This document shows positions 17,053-18,627 of a DNA stretch of 18,627 bases, in pieces. The DNA is from Sandaracinaceae bacterium (GTDB lineage: Bacteria; Myxococcota_A; Polyangia; Polyangiales; Sandaracinaceae), in NCBI GenBank assembly GCA_044220955.1, contig JBGAQA010000117.1, positions 1 to 18,627 of the forward strand. Direction: 5' to 3'. The notes below the pieces were generated by a model, which did no database searches, was not told the origin of the DNA, and saw nothing but the letters and a program-made list of their open reading frames with translations. The position numbers and the translations under genes are program-made. How positions within the stretch are numbered: position 1 is the first letter of the stretch; each line of letters begins with the position of its first letter.

Positions 17053-18213
17053 ATGCGCGAGCGTGAGTCGCTGCGAGCCGCAGCGCTGTGTGCAGTGGTG
17101 TTCTCGCTCGCCGCATGCGGCCCGGCCCGGAGCCGGTCGCACGCCGAGCCCGCCGTCCCCGACGACGCAGGCCCAGGCTCGCTCGCCGATGGCGGCCGGC
17201 GTGGTCCCGTCCCGATCGCGCCGGACGCCTTCGTCGCGCCCGACGACGACGCGGGCTGGACGGTGACGCCGCCGCCCGCGGATGCCTCGGGCCCGACGCC
17301 GATGCCGGACGCAGCAGCGCCACCTCGGGACCCGAGCTGCACGTACCCGCCAGGCGCGACGGGCAGCATGACGATGGGCGCGGTGATCGCCCCGTACCGG
17401 TGGAGCGCCGCGTACGACGCCGAGGGCGCGCGCACGGACCTCGACCTCGAGCGCTTCCACTGCGACCCGGCCTACGACGCGTACCGATCCATCCTCTTCG
17501 TGGTCGGCACGGGGTGGTGCCCGAACTGCCCGGAGTACCTCGCGTGGGTCGCGGGCCTGGGCCTCGAGGCGCGCGGCACGCTCGTCGTCTTCCTCGAGTC
17601 GGAGAACGCCGACTACGCGGTCGCGTCGAGCGAGGACGCGCGCGCGACGGTCGATCGCGCGATCGGCCGGGGCCGGGGGCTGCGCGTGGGCGAGGCGAGC
17701 AACGCGACGCCGAACGCGATCGGCCGCCAGACGCACTCCGTGCCCTCGGGGTACTTCGTGCGGCGCAGCGACATGCGCATCCTCGCCGGCGAGGAGGAGC
17801 TCGGGACGACGCCGCCCTGGGACGAGATGGCCGCGGCGCCGGAGATGGACTGGCTCTCGATCCTGCGAGGCGGCGGGAGCGGCACGCCCTGCACCGAGGA
17901 GACGAACGAGCCGAACGACTCGAGCGCAGCCGCGGCGGCGATCGCGCCCGGCACGCTCCGGGGCGGCATCTGCGGCGCGGACGACGACTGGTTCCGCGTC
18001 TCCGTCGCCGGAGCGTGGAGGGTGGACCTCGCGTTCCGGCACCGCGACGGCGACCTCGACCTCTTCGTCACCGACGCGAGCGGGCGCGTGCTCACCTCGA
18101 GCGAGGGCGCGGCCGACGGAGAGTCGGTGAGTGGCACGGGCCCCGCCTACTTGCGCGTGATCGGCTACGGGGGCGCGCGCGCGCCGTACACGCTCACGCT
18201 GGTGTCGCCGTGA
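17053..18213 (+). CDS. Lipoprotein with thioredoxin-like (TlpA/redoxin-type) CxxC domain and C-terminal PPC (pre-peptidase C-terminal) domain
   Basis: Lipobox SLAA-C22; Pro/Asp-rich linker; ILFVVGTGWCPNC (17515-17529) and a putative cis-Pro loop SVPS; PPC signature EPNDS...GICG.DDDWF...GDLDLFV...YLRVIGY...YTLT. Confidence 0.8.
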   Translation: MRERESLRAAALCAVVFSLAACGPARSRSHAEPAVPDDAGPGSLADGGRRGPVPIAPDAFVAPDDDAGWTVTPPPADASGPTPMPDAAAPPRDPSCTYPPGATGSMTMGAVIAPYRWSAAYDAEGARTDLDLERFHCDPAYDAYRSILFVVGTGWCPNCPEYLAWVAGLGLEARGTLVVFLESENADYAVASSEDARATVDRAIGRGRGLRVGEASNATPNAIGRQTHSVPSGYFVRRSDMRILAGEEELGTTPPWDEMAAAPEMDWLSILRGGGSGTPCTEETNEPNDSSAAAAAIAPGTLRGGICGADDDWFRVSVAGAWRVDLAFRHRDGDLDLFVTDASGRVLTSSEGAADGESVSGTGPAYLRVIGYGGARAPYTLTLVSP

Positions 18214-18627
18214 TGCGCTCGGCGCTGGCGGGGCTCGTGCTGCTCGTCGCCTGCGGCGGCGGCGGGCGCGCGCGCCACGAGATCGACGCCGCGGTCATGC
18301 CGGGCGACGCCGCGATGCTCCCGGCGCTCGGGCCGGTCGTCCCGGGGCCCGCGCTCGACGGAGTCGATCGCACGCGCGACCGAGCCTGCGCGGAGTCGAT
18401 GCGCTGGGTCGTCGGAGTGGTGGCTCGCGTGCTGGACGAGCAGGGCGCGGCGCGCCCGGGCATGGTCGGGCAGGTCTGCCTCGCGGTCGCGGACGGGCGT
18501 CGCGTGTGCCTGACGCCCGAGCGGACGGGAGACGACGGCGTCTACACCATCGTGGTCGCCCCGACGCTGCGCTGCGTCTCCGAGGTGGCGCTACGCGTGG
18601 TCGATCCGACGCACGGCGCGGCGACGA
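18213..18627 (+). CDS. Cys-containing lipoprotein with a possible carboxypeptidase-regulatory-like beta-sandwich, truncated by window edge
   Basis: ATG 18213 overlaps the previous stop (TGATG). MRSALAGLVLLVA-C14-GGGG..., then VVGVVARVLDEQGAARPGMVGQVC...VCLTPERTGDDGVYTI; open to the window end. Not in the ORF track. Confidence 0.78.
   Translation, partial: MRSALAGLVLLVACGGGGRARHEIDAAVMPGDAAMLPALGPVVPGPALDGVDRTRDRACAESMRWVVGVVARVLDEQGAARPGMVGQVCLAVADGRRVCLTPERTGDDGVYTIVVAPTLRCVSEVALRVVDPTHGAAT

Overview
A very GC-rich, gene-dense bacterial chromosomal segment. The Cys-rich lipoproteins with Pro/Asp linkers, PPC domain and hexamer intergenic repeat suggest Myxococcota/Polyangia (inference). I see no mobile element, CRISPR array or RNA gene. 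On the left minus strand, a SulP-STAS-beta-carbonic anhydrase fusion is translationally coupled to a YkgJ-type CxxCxxCC protein that the ORF track missed. A ~13.5 kb plus-strand run of nine genes follows: a DUF4199-like membrane protein, glnD, a TPR lipoprotein, a MacAB/LolCDE-like ABC ATPase + FtsX-type permease + membrane fusion protein, a CDF transporter with an all-Asp metal site, a compact SERCA-like P2A ATPase, and a cardiolipin synthase interrupted by an apparent 5' frameshifting deletion. After a purine-rich hexamer repeat come a convergent zinc-ribbon membrane protein and a divergent pair of lipoproteins (a thioredoxin-fold/PPC fusion and a truncated Cys-rich partner). The most notable points are the CDF/P2A/cls divalent-cation module, the cls frameshift, the SulP-CA/YkgJ coupling and a recurring leaderless-promoter signature. 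All family calls come from motif recognition by eye; no database searches were run.
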